64,000 bases of DNA from Desulfobacterales bacterium (GTDB taxonomy: Bacteria; Desulfobacterota; Desulfobacteria; Desulfobacterales; SpSt-501), in assembly GCA_037481615.1 (NCBI GenBank), contig JBBFLI010000018.1; one strand, written 5' to 3'. The notes beneath the pieces are model-generated. The model saw only the letters and a list, made by a program, of their open reading frames with translations, was not told the DNA's origin and searched no databases. The position numbers and the translations under genes were made by a program. Positions 1 through 10,096 of this stretch are shown piece after piece (position 1 is the stretch's first letter; every line of letters begins with the position of its first letter).

Positions 1-279
1 GCCGATCTCGAGCTGAACGGCCGCAGCTTCGCGAACGGCGCATCCTCCGCCCCCGCCCTCGTGCCGCCCTTCGGCTCCGAGACCCTTTCCCTCGTGATGC
101 ACTCCTCGGTGATCGACCTCTTCCGCGCGCTCCTCGAGCTGCCGCGGAACGAAACGCTCCACTACCGGTTGAAGGGCCGCCTGCGGGCGGAGGCGGCCGG
201 GGTGCCCGCCTTTCTTCCCTTCGAAAGCGAGGGCCGGGTCGCCCTTTCGCCGGCTTCGCCCCGCCCGAACTCGCCCTGA
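1..279 (+). CDS. 3' end of a LEA_2 / NDR1-HIN1-like (water-stress) domain protein; gene starts upstream of the window
   Basis: Frame 1 is open from base 1 to TGA at 277-279. The sequence ...LELNGRSF...LHYRLKGRLRAEAAGVPAFLPFESEGRV resembles LEA14-like beta-sandwich proteins from memory; no HMM was run. Confidence 0.4.
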   Translation, partial: ADLELNGRSFANGASSAPALVPPFGSETLSLVMHSSVIDLFRALLELPRNETLHYRLKGRLRAEAAGVPAFLPFESEGRVALSPASPRPNSP

Positions 280-1070
280 ACCGCCCTTGCAAAGCGCCCT
301 GCGGGCGTCTTCGTGGATTCGGGTGCGGAGCTGTTTCCGGCTCCGGGTTCCGGACGCCGGCGGCGACACCCCGACACGGCCCGTAAAGCCGCCCGGGCGA
401 CGGGGAGCGGCCTTTTCCCGGGCGCCCTCCGGGAGCTCTGCTCCTCGCGGCGGAATTCCTTTCCTGGGGGATCAGGCCGCCGGCGGTCGCCGCGGCACGT
501 GCGGCGCGGTTGCGGACCGCCCCATGAACGCCCTCGCTTCGCCCTCGCCCCGCGGCTCGCCGCCGGCCTTCTCTTCACCGCGTTTGCGCACGGCGCAAGC
601 CGCCGATGGGTTCGAGGCGATCGCCGTCTTCTGCTTCCTCCTCGGTCTCCTGCCGGCGCTCGCCCGGCTGCGCCTCATGGCGCACGATACGCTGCCCGCG
701 GAAGCGGAGATCGGCGCGGGCGTCACCGGTGCGCGCGTTGTCGCCGCCTGTTCCCCCGGGCGAGGCGCGCTGCTTGCTTCGGCCGCCCCCTGCGGCGGGG
801 GAAGAAAAGCGGGTCCGTGGCATCCCCTGGGATGCTTCTCCTTGCCGTGGTCGCCGGATGGTTGTATGGTCTCCCGGCCGTTGCGGGCGGGGGAACGAAG
901 CGGTTCCCCACCCCCCGGCCAATCGCCGCCGGCCTTCGGCCGGCCGCGGCGACCTGGGCCACGTCACACGGCAAGGCCCCTCTGTTCCGCCGGCGACGGT
1001 CGGGCCGGGGTTTCGCTCCTTTTGCCGATCGCCCGGGTCGCGGCCTTCCTCGGCCGGGGTTGAGAAGTCC

Positions 1071-2708
1071 ATGATTTCTTCCGGTACCGAAGCGCCTGCA
1101 AAAGACGCGGACCTCCGAGACGGGGGGGCGGGAAGGCTCGAGCGCGCCGCGCGATGGCTGATCGGCGACGTCCTCGGCATCGTCCGGGAGATGCGGCTCA
1201 GCTACCTCCCGCCGCTCATGGTCTACCTCGCCGCGGGGGTGTCCGGCTTCACGGGCATCATCGAGAGCTTTTTCGTCAAGGACCAGCTCGGGCTGTCGGC
1301 CGCCTTCCTGGCCGCTCTCGGGTTCTGGGCGGGGCTCCCCTGGGCCCTCAAGATGCCCTTCGGCCACCTCGTGGACCTCTTCTGGCGGTGGAAGTCGGCC
1401 TTCGTCTACCTCGGGGCCTTGCTCATGGCGGCCTCGCTGCTCATCATGGTGGGGCTGACCGGCTACCGCGAGGCCATGGCGGCGTTTCTGCCGGTCGAGG
1501 TCTGGTATGTGATCTCGGTCCTCCTCTCCCCCCTCGGGTTCGTCTTCCAGGACGTGGTCGCCGACGCGATGACCGTGGAGGCCGTGCCGCGCTACACCGA
1601 GGCCGGCGAGCCCATCGCCGAGGCCGAGCTCAAGCGCATGCACATCACCATGCAGACGCTGGGCCGCATCGCGATCGTCGGCGGCTCGGCGCTGGTGGCC
1701 GGCCTCGGGGGATGGCTCGCCCACGTGCTTTCCTATTTCGTCATGTACTGCCTGTCGCTCGTCATCCCGTTGATCTCGGTCCTGGGGGTGACGCTCGGGG
1801 ACCTCCAGCGCGTTCTCCGCCGCCGGCGCTACCGCCGCCGGGGCTTCTCGGAGGCGGACATCCGGCGCATGCTGCACGGCGAAATGTCCGCCCTCTCCCC
1901 CAACTGGGGCATCCTGGGCGGCAGCGCCGCTTTCCTCGCGGCGAGCCTGGGTCTGGGGCTTTCGGATCTCCCGGCGAAGATGGAGGTCATCTTTTTCACC
2001 TCGCTCGCCATCATCGCCTATCTCATGCGCCAGCTGCTGCTGCCGATGAGCCCGGAGAAGCGCCGCGAGATCGTGGGGATCGCGATCATCGTCTTCGTGT
2101 TCCGCGCGATGCCCGGGACCGGTGCGGGGAGCGGCTGGTGGCAGATCGACGTCCTCGGCTTCGATGAGGCCTTTTTCGGGACCCTGCGCCAGATCTCCTC
2201 GATCCTCGCCATCCTCGGCATGTTCGCGCTGCGCGGCTGGATGAGCCGCCGGCCCATCCCCTACCTCGTCGTCTTCCTCTCGGTCTACGGGACCGCGATG
2301 AACGCCCCCTTCATCGGCATGTATTACGGGCTCCACGAGTGGACGGAGAGGGTCTTCGGTTTCGGAGCGCGGACCATCGCGCTGATCGACACGATGGCCG
2401 ACTCGCCGCTCGGCCAGGTGGCCATGGTGCCGATGCTCGCCTGGATCGCCCGCGAGGCGCCCGAAAACCAGAAGGCCACCTACTTCGCGGTCATGGCCGC
2501 CTTCACGAACCTCGCCCTTTCCGGGGCGCAGCTCGGAACGCGCTACCTCAACCTGCTCTTCGTCGTCGAGCGCGGACGCTACGAGGAACTGGGCGGCCTG
2601 ATGATCACGGCGAGCCTGATCGGCCTGGTCATCCCCGTCGCCGCCGTCTTTCTCGTCAACCGCTGGGTGGGTCGGGCGCGGCCGCCCGCCGCGGAGCCGA
2701 CCCCATGA
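1071..2708 (+). CDS. Folate-biopterin transporter (BT1) family MFS permease
   Basis: Internal ATG of track ORF 606-2708. Multiple hydrophobic helices. The N-terminal region LSYLPPLMVYLAAGVSGFTGIIESFFVKDQLGLS is typical of the BT1 family. The arginine-rich stretch upstream of 1071 looks non-coding. Confidence 0.65.
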   Translation: MISSGTEAPAKDADLRDGGAGRLERAARWLIGDVLGIVREMRLSYLPPLMVYLAAGVSGFTGIIESFFVKDQLGLSAAFLAALGFWAGLPWALKMPFGHLVDLFWRWKSAFVYLGALLMAASLLIMVGLTGYREAMAAFLPVEVWYVISVLLSPLGFVFQDVVADAMTVEAVPRYTEAGEPIAEAELKRMHITMQTLGRIAIVGGSALVAGLGGWLAHVLSYFVMYCLSLVIPLISVLGVTLGDLQRVLRRRRYRRRGFSEADIRRMLHGEMSALSPNWGILGGSAAFLAASLGLGLSDLPAKMEVIFFTSLAIIAYLMRQLLLPMSPEKRREIVGIAIIVFVFRAMPGTGAGSGWWQIDVLGFDEAFFGTLRQISSILAILGMFALRGWMSRRPIPYLVVFLSVYGTAMNAPFIGMYYGLHEWTERVFGFGARTIALIDTMADSPLGQVAMVPMLAWIAREAPENQKATYFAVMAAFTNLALSGAQLGTRYLNLLFVVERGRYEELGGLMITASLIGLVIPVAAVFLVNRWVGRARPPAAEPTP

Positions 2709-3715
2709 AGCTCGGCATCATCGGCCTTCCCGGGTCGGGTCGTGCGACCCTCTTCGAGGCCCTGACCCGCCAGGCTGCGGAAACCGCCGCGCACGGCGGC
2801 GACCGGCTGGCCGTGGTCCGCGTCCCCGACGAGCGCGTGGATCGCCTGAGCGCGATCTTCCGGCCCCGCAAGACCCTCTACGCCACGATCGCGGTCTTCC
2901 TGCCCGGGGCCGAGCGGCAGAAGAAGGAAGGGGGACCGGGACACGCCGTCAAGGATTGCGACGCCTTGCTGCACGTGGTGCGGAACCACGGCCCCGACCG
3001 CCGGCCGCTCGAGGACTTCCGCGCCCTCGACCAGGAGCTGATGCTCGCCGATCTCCTTCAGGTGGAAAAACGCCTCGAGCGTCTGGAGGCCGACCGGCGC
3101 CGCGGCCGGCCGGGGCCCGCCGAGGAATTCGAGGCCCTCGCCTCCTGCCGCGCCCTGCTCGAGGCCGAGACCCCCCTGCGGCGGGAACCCCGGCTCGCTT
3201 CCACCCGGGTGTTGCGCGGCTTCGGGCTGCTGTCGGCGAAGCCCACGCTGGTCGTCTTCAACAACGAGGACACCGACGCGGAGCTGCCGCCGCTCGGCGC
3301 GCTGGGGGAACACGAGCGGTGCCTGGCGCTCCGCGGAAAGCTCGAGCAGGAGCTCGCGCGCCTGTCCGAGGAGGAGCTGGCCGAGTTCCTCGAGGCCTAC
3401 CGCATCCCCGCCTCGGCCATGGACCGCCTGATCCGTGCCGCCTACGAGGTTTTGGGCCTCATCTCCTTCTTCACCGTCGGCAGCGACGAGGTGCGCGCCT
3501 GGACGCTGCGCCGCGGCGAGACCGCCCTGGAGGCCGCCGGCACGATCCACAGCGATCTCCAGAAAGGCTTCATCCGCGCCGAGGTGATCGCGGCCCCGGA
3601 GCTGATCGCGGCCGGTTCGCTCGCCGAAGCCCGCCGACGGGGGGTTCTGCGCCTGGAGGGCAAGACCTACGTCGTCGAGGACGGGGACGTGATCACGATC
3701 CGCTTCAACGTCTGA
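2705..3715 (+). CDS. YchF-like GTPase/ATPase paralogue with degenerate P-loop
   Basis: The C-terminal YchF/TGS-like block FFTVGSDEVRAWT...IHSDLQKGFIRAEV...GDVITIRFNV is conserved. The N-terminal P-loop reads GLPGSGRAT instead of GxPNVGKST. The ATG overlaps the transporter stop (ATGA at 2705-2708). Confidence 0.75.
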   Translation: MKLGIIGLPGSGRATLFEALTRQAAETAAHGGDRLAVVRVPDERVDRLSAIFRPRKTLYATIAVFLPGAERQKKEGGPGHAVKDCDALLHVVRNHGPDRRPLEDFRALDQELMLADLLQVEKRLERLEADRRRGRPGPAEEFEALASCRALLEAETPLRREPRLASTRVLRGFGLLSAKPTLVVFNNEDTDAELPPLGALGEHERCLALRGKLEQELARLSEEELAEFLEAYRIPASAMDRLIRAAYEVLGLISFFTVGSDEVRAWTLRRGETALEAAGTIHSDLQKGFIRAEVIAAPELIAAGSLAEARRRGVLRLEGKTYVVEDGDVITIRFNV

Positions 3716-3725
3716 AAGGAACCCG

Positions 3726-5294
3726 ATGGAAGCTATGCCCTTCGTGCTCGACATCCTCGCCCACGGGGCCTGGGACGGAGGGGTGCCGATCGGCAACGAC
3801 TTTTACGCCGGCCGCGGCATGGCCTTCAAGGGAGGGATCCCGGTCACGGAACAGACGGTCGAAGAGCGGATCGGCGTCCGCACGCGGATGGCTGCGCCGG
3901 AGGACGTCCGCATCGGGGAGATCGCCCTCGCGGACCTGCTCCGAAACCCCGCGATCGACCCCGCCCGCATCCGCGTGCTCATCGCCGCGACCAATATCGG
4001 CGAGGACAAGTTCGACCCCGGGCCGGCCAGCCGGGCGCTCCTCGAGCGCATCGCCCCCCGCCGGGGGGATCTGCTCGCCTTCGACGTCTATGCCGGCTGC
4101 CCCGGCTTCAACGTCGCCGTCGAGGTTCTCTTCCATCTCGCGCTCGCAGGCGAGCTCTCCCCCGGGGATCTCGCGGTCGTCGTGGGCGCCGAGAACGTCC
4201 ACCGCGCGCGGGCCTTCAAGCCCCTGGACACGGCGAATCTCATTTTCGGCGACGACGCCGTGGCGACGGCGCTCGCGGTCGGTCCGGCCGCGGGGTCCGC
4301 CCCCCCCGGACGGGTCGTCGCGGAGAAAACTCTGGCGGTCACCGGCGGGTTCATCGCCGAGATCGCCCGCGCGCTCTTGCCCTGGGCGCGCGAGGCGCAC
4401 CTCGACGGCATCCTCGTCGACAACCAGATGGGGCGGATCGAATGGCGCGTCCCGGCCACCGCGGCGCGCATCCAGCAGGCCCTGATGGAGGAGATCTTCC
4501 CCCGGGAGGCCGCCGCCGGGGAGTTCCGCAATTTCCGCACGGCCTTCGAGCTCTACGAACGCCACGGGGGAAGCTTCGCCTTCGATGTCATGTCCGCCGC
4601 CGCCGACCCCGGCGTGCTGCGCCGCCTCGGATGCGCCTACACCGCCTCGGGGCGCTACCGCCGCCTGGCGACGGTGTTTCTGCGCCCCGGGGAGCCCGCA
4701 CGCCTGAGCCTCGTCGAGGCCGGCGGTCCCGCCCCCCCCGCACCCGCCTGCGGGGTGGTCGACACGCTCACCCGCACGCACGGCTGTTTCGCGGGTTTCA
4801 TCGAAGCGCGCTTCGACGAGGAGGGGGTCTTCGGCTTCCTGGACGGCAAGGGCGTCTTTCTCTATGCCACGCGCGGCGCAAAGCCTCATCTCCTGGCCTT
4901 GCTTTCCCCGTGGGGCCTCGGCCTCGAAGACATCGACCTCCTGATCGAGCACCAGGCGAACTTCGCCATGCTGCCCCTCACGCTGGAGCAGCTCTTCGCC
5001 GACGGGCGGCCGTCCCCGGCGGATGCCGTGGCGCGCTACCTCGCCGAGCGCATGGTGGTCAACATCCACGAGCGAGGCAACTGCTCGGTGGTCTGCATGC
5101 AGCGGCTGCCCTACGACCTCGAGCGCGGCGCACTCCGGCCGGACACGATCCAGGGCTTCGCCGTCAACCGCAACCTCGAAACGCTGCGCGGCGCGCGATC
5201 GATTCTCTACGACTCGGTCGGCGCCGGCATGACCCGCAGTTCCTTCCTGTACCTGCGCCGCCCGACGGCGGGAATCGTCGGAAAGAGGCCCTGA
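3726..5294 (+). CDS. 3-oxoacyl-ACP synthase III (FabH/KAS III)-like thiolase-fold enzyme with a large internal insertion
   Basis: Cys-His-Asn triad contexts are present: YAGCPGFN, IEHQANF, ERGNCS. The 522-aa length exceeds my recollection of typical FabH (about 320-330 aa). Confidence 0.6.
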   Translation: MEAMPFVLDILAHGAWDGGVPIGNDFYAGRGMAFKGGIPVTEQTVEERIGVRTRMAAPEDVRIGEIALADLLRNPAIDPARIRVLIAATNIGEDKFDPGPASRALLERIAPRRGDLLAFDVYAGCPGFNVAVEVLFHLALAGELSPGDLAVVVGAENVHRARAFKPLDTANLIFGDDAVATALAVGPAAGSAPPGRVVAEKTLAVTGGFIAEIARALLPWAREAHLDGILVDNQMGRIEWRVPATAARIQQALMEEIFPREAAAGEFRNFRTAFELYERHGGSFAFDVMSAAADPGVLRRLGCAYTASGRYRRLATVFLRPGEPARLSLVEAGGPAPPAPACGVVDTLTRTHGCFAGFIEARFDEEGVFGFLDGKGVFLYATRGAKPHLLALLSPWGLGLEDIDLLIEHQANFAMLPLTLEQLFADGRPSPADAVARYLAERMVVNIHERGNCSVVCMQRLPYDLERGALRPDTIQGFAVNRNLETLRGARSILYDSVGAGMTRSSFLYLRRPTAGIVGKRP

Positions 5295-5299
5295 CGGCC

Positions 5300-6481
5300 G
5301 TGGAGCCTTACCCCCTGCTCGCGTTCGCCGCCGGCCTGGGCCTGCTCGCCCTCGGGGCGATGCTGCTCGTCGGGGCTGCGTCCCGGATCGCCGCGGGCTG
5401 GGGGATCTCGCCGCTCGTGGTCGGCCTCACCGTCGTCGCCTGGGGGACGAGCGCCCCCGAATTCGCCGTCAGCGTCCTTGCCGCGGCCGCCGGCAACGCC
5501 GACATCGCCCTCGCCAACGTGATCGGCAGCAACCTGTTCAACGTGCTTTTCGTGCTCGGCGCCTGCGCGGCGATCTCGCCCCTCCTCGTTGAAGTCCGCC
5601 TCGTCCGGCGCGAGGCGCCTCTGCTGTTCCTGCTCTCCGCCGCCTTCTGGCTGCTCGCCCTCGACGGGCGGATCTCGCGGCTCGAGGGGGCCGCGCTCGC
5701 GGCCGGGATGACCCTCTACACGGCCTGGACCATCCGCCTGGCCCGCCGGGAGGTGGGGGAAGGCGACCGCGGGGAGGCTGCCGTGCCGCCCCCTTCCCCC
5801 GTTCGACCGTCGCTCTCCCGCCTGGGATTTCTCCTGCTGCAGGGGGCGGCGGGGGTTTTCCTGCTTGCCGCCGGGGCCCGCACCTTGGTTTCCGCCGCCA
5901 CGGCGATCGCCCGCGGGCTCGGCGTGAGCGACGCCGTGATCGGTCTCACCCTGGTCGCGGCCGGCACCTCGCTCCCCGAGGCGTTCACGTCGCTTGCGGC
6001 CCTGCTGCGCGGCGAGCGCTCGATCGCCGTGGGCAACGCGTTGGGGAGCAACCTCTTCAATCTGCTCGGCATCGCCGGGCCTGCGGCCTTGGTGAGTCCG
6101 CAGGGGCTTTCCGTCTCCGGCGCACTGCTCTCCTTCGACCTGCCGCTCATGGTTTCCGCCGCGGCGGCCTGCCTGCCCGTCTTCTTCACGGGTTTTCGCA
6201 TCGCCCGCTGGGAAGGCGTTCTCTTTCTCGCCACCTACGGCGCCTACCTCGCCTTTGCGATGCTGGATGCCGCGGGGCACGACGCCCTGCCCCCGTTCAG
6301 CGGGGCCCTGCTCGCCTTCGCCTTGCCCCTGATCGCGACGACGGGGGCCGGGATCACCCGCCGGTGGCTGGCGCGAAAAGAAACGGATCCGCCCCCCCCG
6401 GCGCCTCCGGAGTCCGTGTGCCGCCAAGGGGACGGGCGCGGGGAAATGATCAATTCCGGGGAGGGGGGACCGCGGGTTTGA
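5300..6481 (+). CDS. Ca2+/Na+ (cation) antiporter, CaCA/YrbG family
   Basis: Two alpha-repeat signatures (WGTSAPEF...IGSNLFN and AGTSLPEA...LGSNLFN). GTG at 5300 is the first plausible in-frame start after the previous stop; the exact start is uncertain. Confidence 0.8.
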   Translation: MEPYPLLAFAAGLGLLALGAMLLVGAASRIAAGWGISPLVVGLTVVAWGTSAPEFAVSVLAAAAGNADIALANVIGSNLFNVLFVLGACAAISPLLVEVRLVRREAPLLFLLSAAFWLLALDGRISRLEGAALAAGMTLYTAWTIRLARREVGEGDRGEAAVPPPSPVRPSLSRLGFLLLQGAAGVFLLAAGARTLVSAATAIARGLGVSDAVIGLTLVAAGTSLPEAFTSLAALLRGERSIAVGNALGSNLFNLLGIAGPAALVSPQGLSVSGALLSFDLPLMVSAAAACLPVFFTGFRIARWEGVLFLATYGAYLAFAMLDAAGHDALPPFSGALLAFALPLIATTGAGITRRWLARKETDPPPPAPPESVCRQGDGRGEMINSGEGGPRV

Positions 6482-7952
6482 GGAGCGGCTCGCAGACCTT
6501 GCGGAAGTGGTAGCCCTGGATGGCCAGCGTCATCGCGAGGGGGAAAAGCCGCGGCCGGCGCAGGACCGTCCAGACGAGAAGCCGCCAGTAGTGCAACCGC
6601 TCGCGGCCGAGCACGCCGAGGCGCAACAGTGCGCGGAAGAAGGCAAGGAAGCGCTGCCGGTCGAGGGGCGTCTCGATCCCGGCGTCGCGGTATTCCCGCA
6701 GGAAGGTGAGCACCCTGCGGTAGTAGCCGCGGGGCGAGTAGATCTGCCGCAGAATGGCGCGGTAGCCCTCGAGCAGCGTCTCCAGCCCCATCCGCGGCAG
6801 GATGTTCGTGCTGCCGTCGGTGTTGTCCCCCGAGAGCCGCCCGATCAGCCGGTTTTCGCGCTTGAGCCGCTCGAAGAGCTTCGTCCCGGGGGGGGCCTGA
6901 AGCAGCCCCACCATCGCGGTCACGATGCCGCTTCTCTGGATGAAGTCGATCTGCCGCTGGAAGATGGAGAGGGGATCGCTGTCGAAGCCCACGATGAACC
7001 CGCCCTGGACCTGGAGCCCCGCGCGCTGCATGCGCTTCACGCTGGCCAACAGATCGCGGCGGTTCTGGGTCTTGCGGCACTCCCGCAGACTCTCGTCGGC
7101 CGGGGTCTCGATGCCGACGAAGACCGTGTTGAAGCCGGCGCGCACCATGAGCGCCATCAGCTCCGGGTCGTCGGCGAGATCGATGGAGACCTCGGTGTTG
7201 AACGGCAGCCCTTTCTTGCCCCGACGCCAGGCGATGAGGGCGGGAAGCAGCTCGGAGCGAAGGGAGGCGCGGTTCCCGATGAGGTTGTCGTCCACGAAGA
7301 AGACCGGGCCCCGCCATCCCCGGCGGACGAGCTCGTCCAGCTCGGAGAGGATCCGGGCGGCGCGCTTCTGCCGCGGCCGGTGGCCGAAGAGCGCGGTCAC
7401 GTTGCAGAATTCGCAGGAAAAGGGGCAGCCCCGGGAAAACTGGATGCTCAGGGTCGCATAGCGCCGCAGATCGATCAGGTCCCAGGCCGGGACCGGCGTC
7501 CGCTCGAGGGAGGGAAAGCCCTCCGGCGGAAGGTAGACCCGTCGGGCGGCCCCGCGCGCGAGATCCTCGAGAAAGGGGGGCAGCGTCGCCTCGGCCTCCC
7601 CCAGGACGAGGTGGTCCGCCTGGGGGAAGGACTCCGGTTCGACCGTGAAGAGCGGCCCGCCGCAGACCACGCGCTTCCCGGCCCGACGGCAGCGCTCGAT
7701 GATCTCCTCGGCCGAGCGGCGTTGCACGGCCATGGCGCCGAGGAAGACGAGATCGGCCCAGGCGAGGTCTTCATCGCCCAGCGGCTCCACGTTCAGGTCG
7801 ACGAGCTTCTTCGGCCAGGAGGCGGGCAGCATGGCCGCCACCGTGAGCAGCCCGAGGGGCGGCAGGGCCGCCTTCTTGCGCACGAAGGGCAGCGCGTAGG
7901 CGAAACTCCAGAACGTGGGGGGGAACGTGGGGTAGACGAGCAGCGCGTTCAT
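6450..7952 (-). CDS. B12-binding-domain radical SAM protein (with the C-terminal domain I recall as DUF4070)
   Basis: An N-terminal Rossmann-like B12-binding region is followed by the FSRGCPFSCEFC CxxxCxxC motif. Start chosen at MNALLVYP (7952). Confidence 0.8.
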   Translation of the reverse strand: MNALLVYPTFPPTFWSFAYALPFVRKKAALPPLGLLTVAAMLPASWPKKLVDLNVEPLGDEDLAWADLVFLGAMAVQRRSAEEIIERCRRAGKRVVCGGPLFTVEPESFPQADHLVLGEAEATLPPFLEDLARGAARRVYLPPEGFPSLERTPVPAWDLIDLRRYATLSIQFSRGCPFSCEFCNVTALFGHRPRQKRAARILSELDELVRRGWRGPVFFVDDNLIGNRASLRSELLPALIAWRRGKKGLPFNTEVSIDLADDPELMALMVRAGFNTVFVGIETPADESLRECRKTQNRRDLLASVKRMQRAGLQVQGGFIVGFDSDPLSIFQRQIDFIQRSGIVTAMVGLLQAPPGTKLFERLKRENRLIGRLSGDNTDGSTNILPRMGLETLLEGYRAILRQIYSPRGYYRRVLTFLREYRDAGIETPLDRQRFLAFFRALLRLGVLGRERLHYWRLLVWTVLRRPRLFPLAMTLAIQGYHFRKVCEPLLKPAVPPPRN

Positions 7953-8091
7953 CGGCGGATGCTTCCTTGCCTGTAAAGGGGGAGGGGTCGAGCCGTCCAT
8001 CCGAGGCGGTCGTCATGCGGCAACGCGGCGGCTCCCGGGCAGAGAACGTTTTGATCATACCCCTTCTGCATGCCTTCGGTCAAGAACGGCC

Positions 8092-8119
8092 TTGACATTC
8101 GTCGGCGTTCGGCTATGCT
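8092..8119 (+). promoter_or_regulatory. Sigma-70-like promoter candidate for ppiA (TTGACA-N16-TATGCT)
   Basis: TTGACA at 8092-8097 and TATGCT at 8114-8119. A GGAGGAGG RBS sits ahead of the ATG at 8156. Confidence 0.4.
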
Positions 8120-8155
8120 GCCGCGATTTTCCAACCCCGGAGGAGGTCCCCACCG

Positions 8156-8728
8156 ATGAATCGATCCTGGCTATCCGCCCTCGGCGTCCTCGCCGCGGTG
8201 GCGCCCGCCGTCGCGGGTGACGCCCCCCGCGTCGCCCTCGAGACCGACAAGGGCCGCATCGTGATCGAGCTCTACCCCGACAAGGCCCCGCGCACCGTGC
8301 AGAACTTCCTCGACTACGTCGACGCCGGCCACTACAACGGCACGATCTTTCACCGCGTGATCCCCGACTTCATGATCCAGGGCGGCGGGCTCACCGTCTC
8401 CATGAAGGAAAAGCCGACCCGGCCGCCGATCAAGAACGAGGCCGACAACGGCCTGAAAAACCGCCGCGGGGCGGTCGCCATGGCGCGAACGCAGGTCCCC
8501 GACAGCGCGACGGCCCAGTTCTTCATCAACACCGTGGACAACGACTTTCTCGACTTCAAGAGCAAGACCGTCCAGGGCTGGGGCTACGCGGTGTTCGGCC
8601 AGGTCGTGGAAGGCATGGAAGTCGTCGAGGCGATCGCCCGCGTGAAGACGGCCACCCGCGGCGGCCACCAGGACGTCCCCGTCGACCCGGTGATGATCCT
8701 CAAGGCCGAGCGGCTGCCCACCCCGTGA
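8156..8728 (+). CDS. ppiA: Periplasmic peptidyl-prolyl cis-trans isomerase, cyclophilin type
   Basis: Signal peptide [21 protein letters not shown]. Cyclophilin motifs [14 protein letters not shown] and GAVAMAR...ATAQFFIN. Confidence 0.9.
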   Translation: MNRSWLSALGVLAAVAPAVAGDAPRVALETDKGRIVIELYPDKAPRTVQNFLDYVDAGHYNGTIFHRVIPDFMIQGGGLTVSMKEKPTRPPIKNEADNGLKNRRGAVAMARTQVPDSATAQFFINTVDNDFLDFKSKTVQGWGYAVFGQVVEGMEVVEAIARVKTATRGGHQDVPVDPVMILKAERLPTP

Positions 8729-8769
8729 AGCCCGGGGGGAATCGCGGATTCGGGAGGTTGCGACCGGCG

Positions 8770-10071
8770 ATGATCTACAACGAGGAATTCGAGACCCTGC
8801 CGCGCGAGGCGCTCGAGGCGATCCAGCTGCGGCGCCTGCAGGCGACCGTCGCCCGGGTCTACCACGCCGTCCCCTTCTACCGCCGCCGTTTCGACGAGGC
8901 CGGCGTGAAGCCCGAGGACATCCGCTCGCTCGCCGATCTCGCGCGGCTGCCCTTCACCACGAAGGCCGACCTGCGCGACAACTACCCCTACGGCCTGTTT
9001 GCCGTGCCGCTCGACAACGTGACGCGCATCCACGCCTCCTCGGGGACGACCGGCAAGCCGACCGTCGTCGGCTACACCGCCCGCGACGTCCAGACCTGGG
9101 CCGAGCTCATGGCCCGCTCGCTCACCGCGGCCGGCGCGCGCAAGGAGGACATCGTCCACAACGCCTACGGCTACGGGCTCTTCACCGGCGGGCTCGGGGT
9201 GCACTACGGCGCCGAGAAGCTCGGCGCCTCGGTCATCCCCGTCTCCGGCGGGAACACGAGACGGCAGATCCTGATCATGAGGGACTTCGGGCCGACCGTC
9301 CTCACCTGCACGCCGAGCTACGCGCTCCATCTCGCCGAGGTCGCCGAGGACATGGGCGTGAGCTTCCGGGACCTCAAGTTCAAATCCGGCCTCTTCGGGG
9401 CCGAGCCCTGGTCCGAGCAGATGCGGTCGGAGATCGAGGCGCGGCTCCACCTCAAGGCCATGGACATCTACGGCCTGAGCGAAATCATGGGGCCGGGGGT
9501 GGCGGTCGAATGCCTCGAGGCCCAGAACGGCCTGCACATCTTCGAGGACCACTTCATCCCCGAGGTCGTCCACCCCGAGACCGGCGAGCCCCTGCCCTGG
9601 GGCACCCCGGGGGAACTCGTCTTCACGACGATCACCAAGGAAGCCTTCCCCCTGATCCGCTACCGCACGCGCGACCTCTCCTCGCTCCATCCCGAGCCCT
9701 GCCGCTGCGGGCGGACGCTCGTGCGCATGTCCCGCGTGCAGGGTAGAAGCGACGACATGCTGATCATCCGCGGGGTGAACGTCTTTCCCTCGCAGATCGA
9801 GAGCGTGATCCTGGAAACACGGCGGTTCACGCCCCATTACCAGCTCGTGGTCGAGCGTGTCGAAAACCTCGACCAGCTCACGGTCCTGGTGGAGATGCAC
9901 CCCGAGCTCTTCTCCGATGCGATCAAGAACCTGCAGGCCGTCGAGCGCGAGCTTGAGGGCGCCATCCGCGAGACGCTCGGGGTCACGGTGCGCGTGCGCC
10001 TGGTCGAGCCGAAGAGTCTCCAGCGCAGCGAGGGCAAGGCCGCGCGGGTGATCGACAAGCGCCGGCTGTGA
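8770..10071 (+). CDS. paaK: Phenylacetate-CoA ligase family adenylating enzyme
   Basis: [24 protein letters not shown]-terminus and the [12 protein letters not shown]-binding motif. An alternative GTG at 8725 overlaps the ppiA stop. Confidence 0.85.
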   Translation: MIYNEEFETLPREALEAIQLRRLQATVARVYHAVPFYRRRFDEAGVKPEDIRSLADLARLPFTTKADLRDNYPYGLFAVPLDNVTRIHASSGTTGKPTVVGYTARDVQTWAELMARSLTAAGARKEDIVHNAYGYGLFTGGLGVHYGAEKLGASVIPVSGGNTRRQILIMRDFGPTVLTCTPSYALHLAEVAEDMGVSFRDLKFKSGLFGAEPWSEQMRSEIEARLHLKAMDIYGLSEIMGPGVAVECLEAQNGLHIFEDHFIPEVVHPETGEPLPWGTPGELVFTTITKEAFPLIRYRTRDLSSLHPEPCRCGRTLVRMSRVQGRSDDMLIIRGVNVFPSQIESVILETRRFTPHYQLVVERVENLDQLTVLVEMHPELFSDAIKNLQAVERELEGAIRETLGVTVRVRLVEPKSLQRSEGKAARVIDKRRL

Positions 10072-10096
10072 GCCGGTCCGCCGCAGGGAGGGGCCC

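Noticed and set aside
280-1070. THF (folate) riboswitch upstream of the folate-biopterin transporter
   Set aside because: No convincing match by eye to the THF-I or THF-II conserved cores. The idea is retained only as a check inside the low-interest gap finding.
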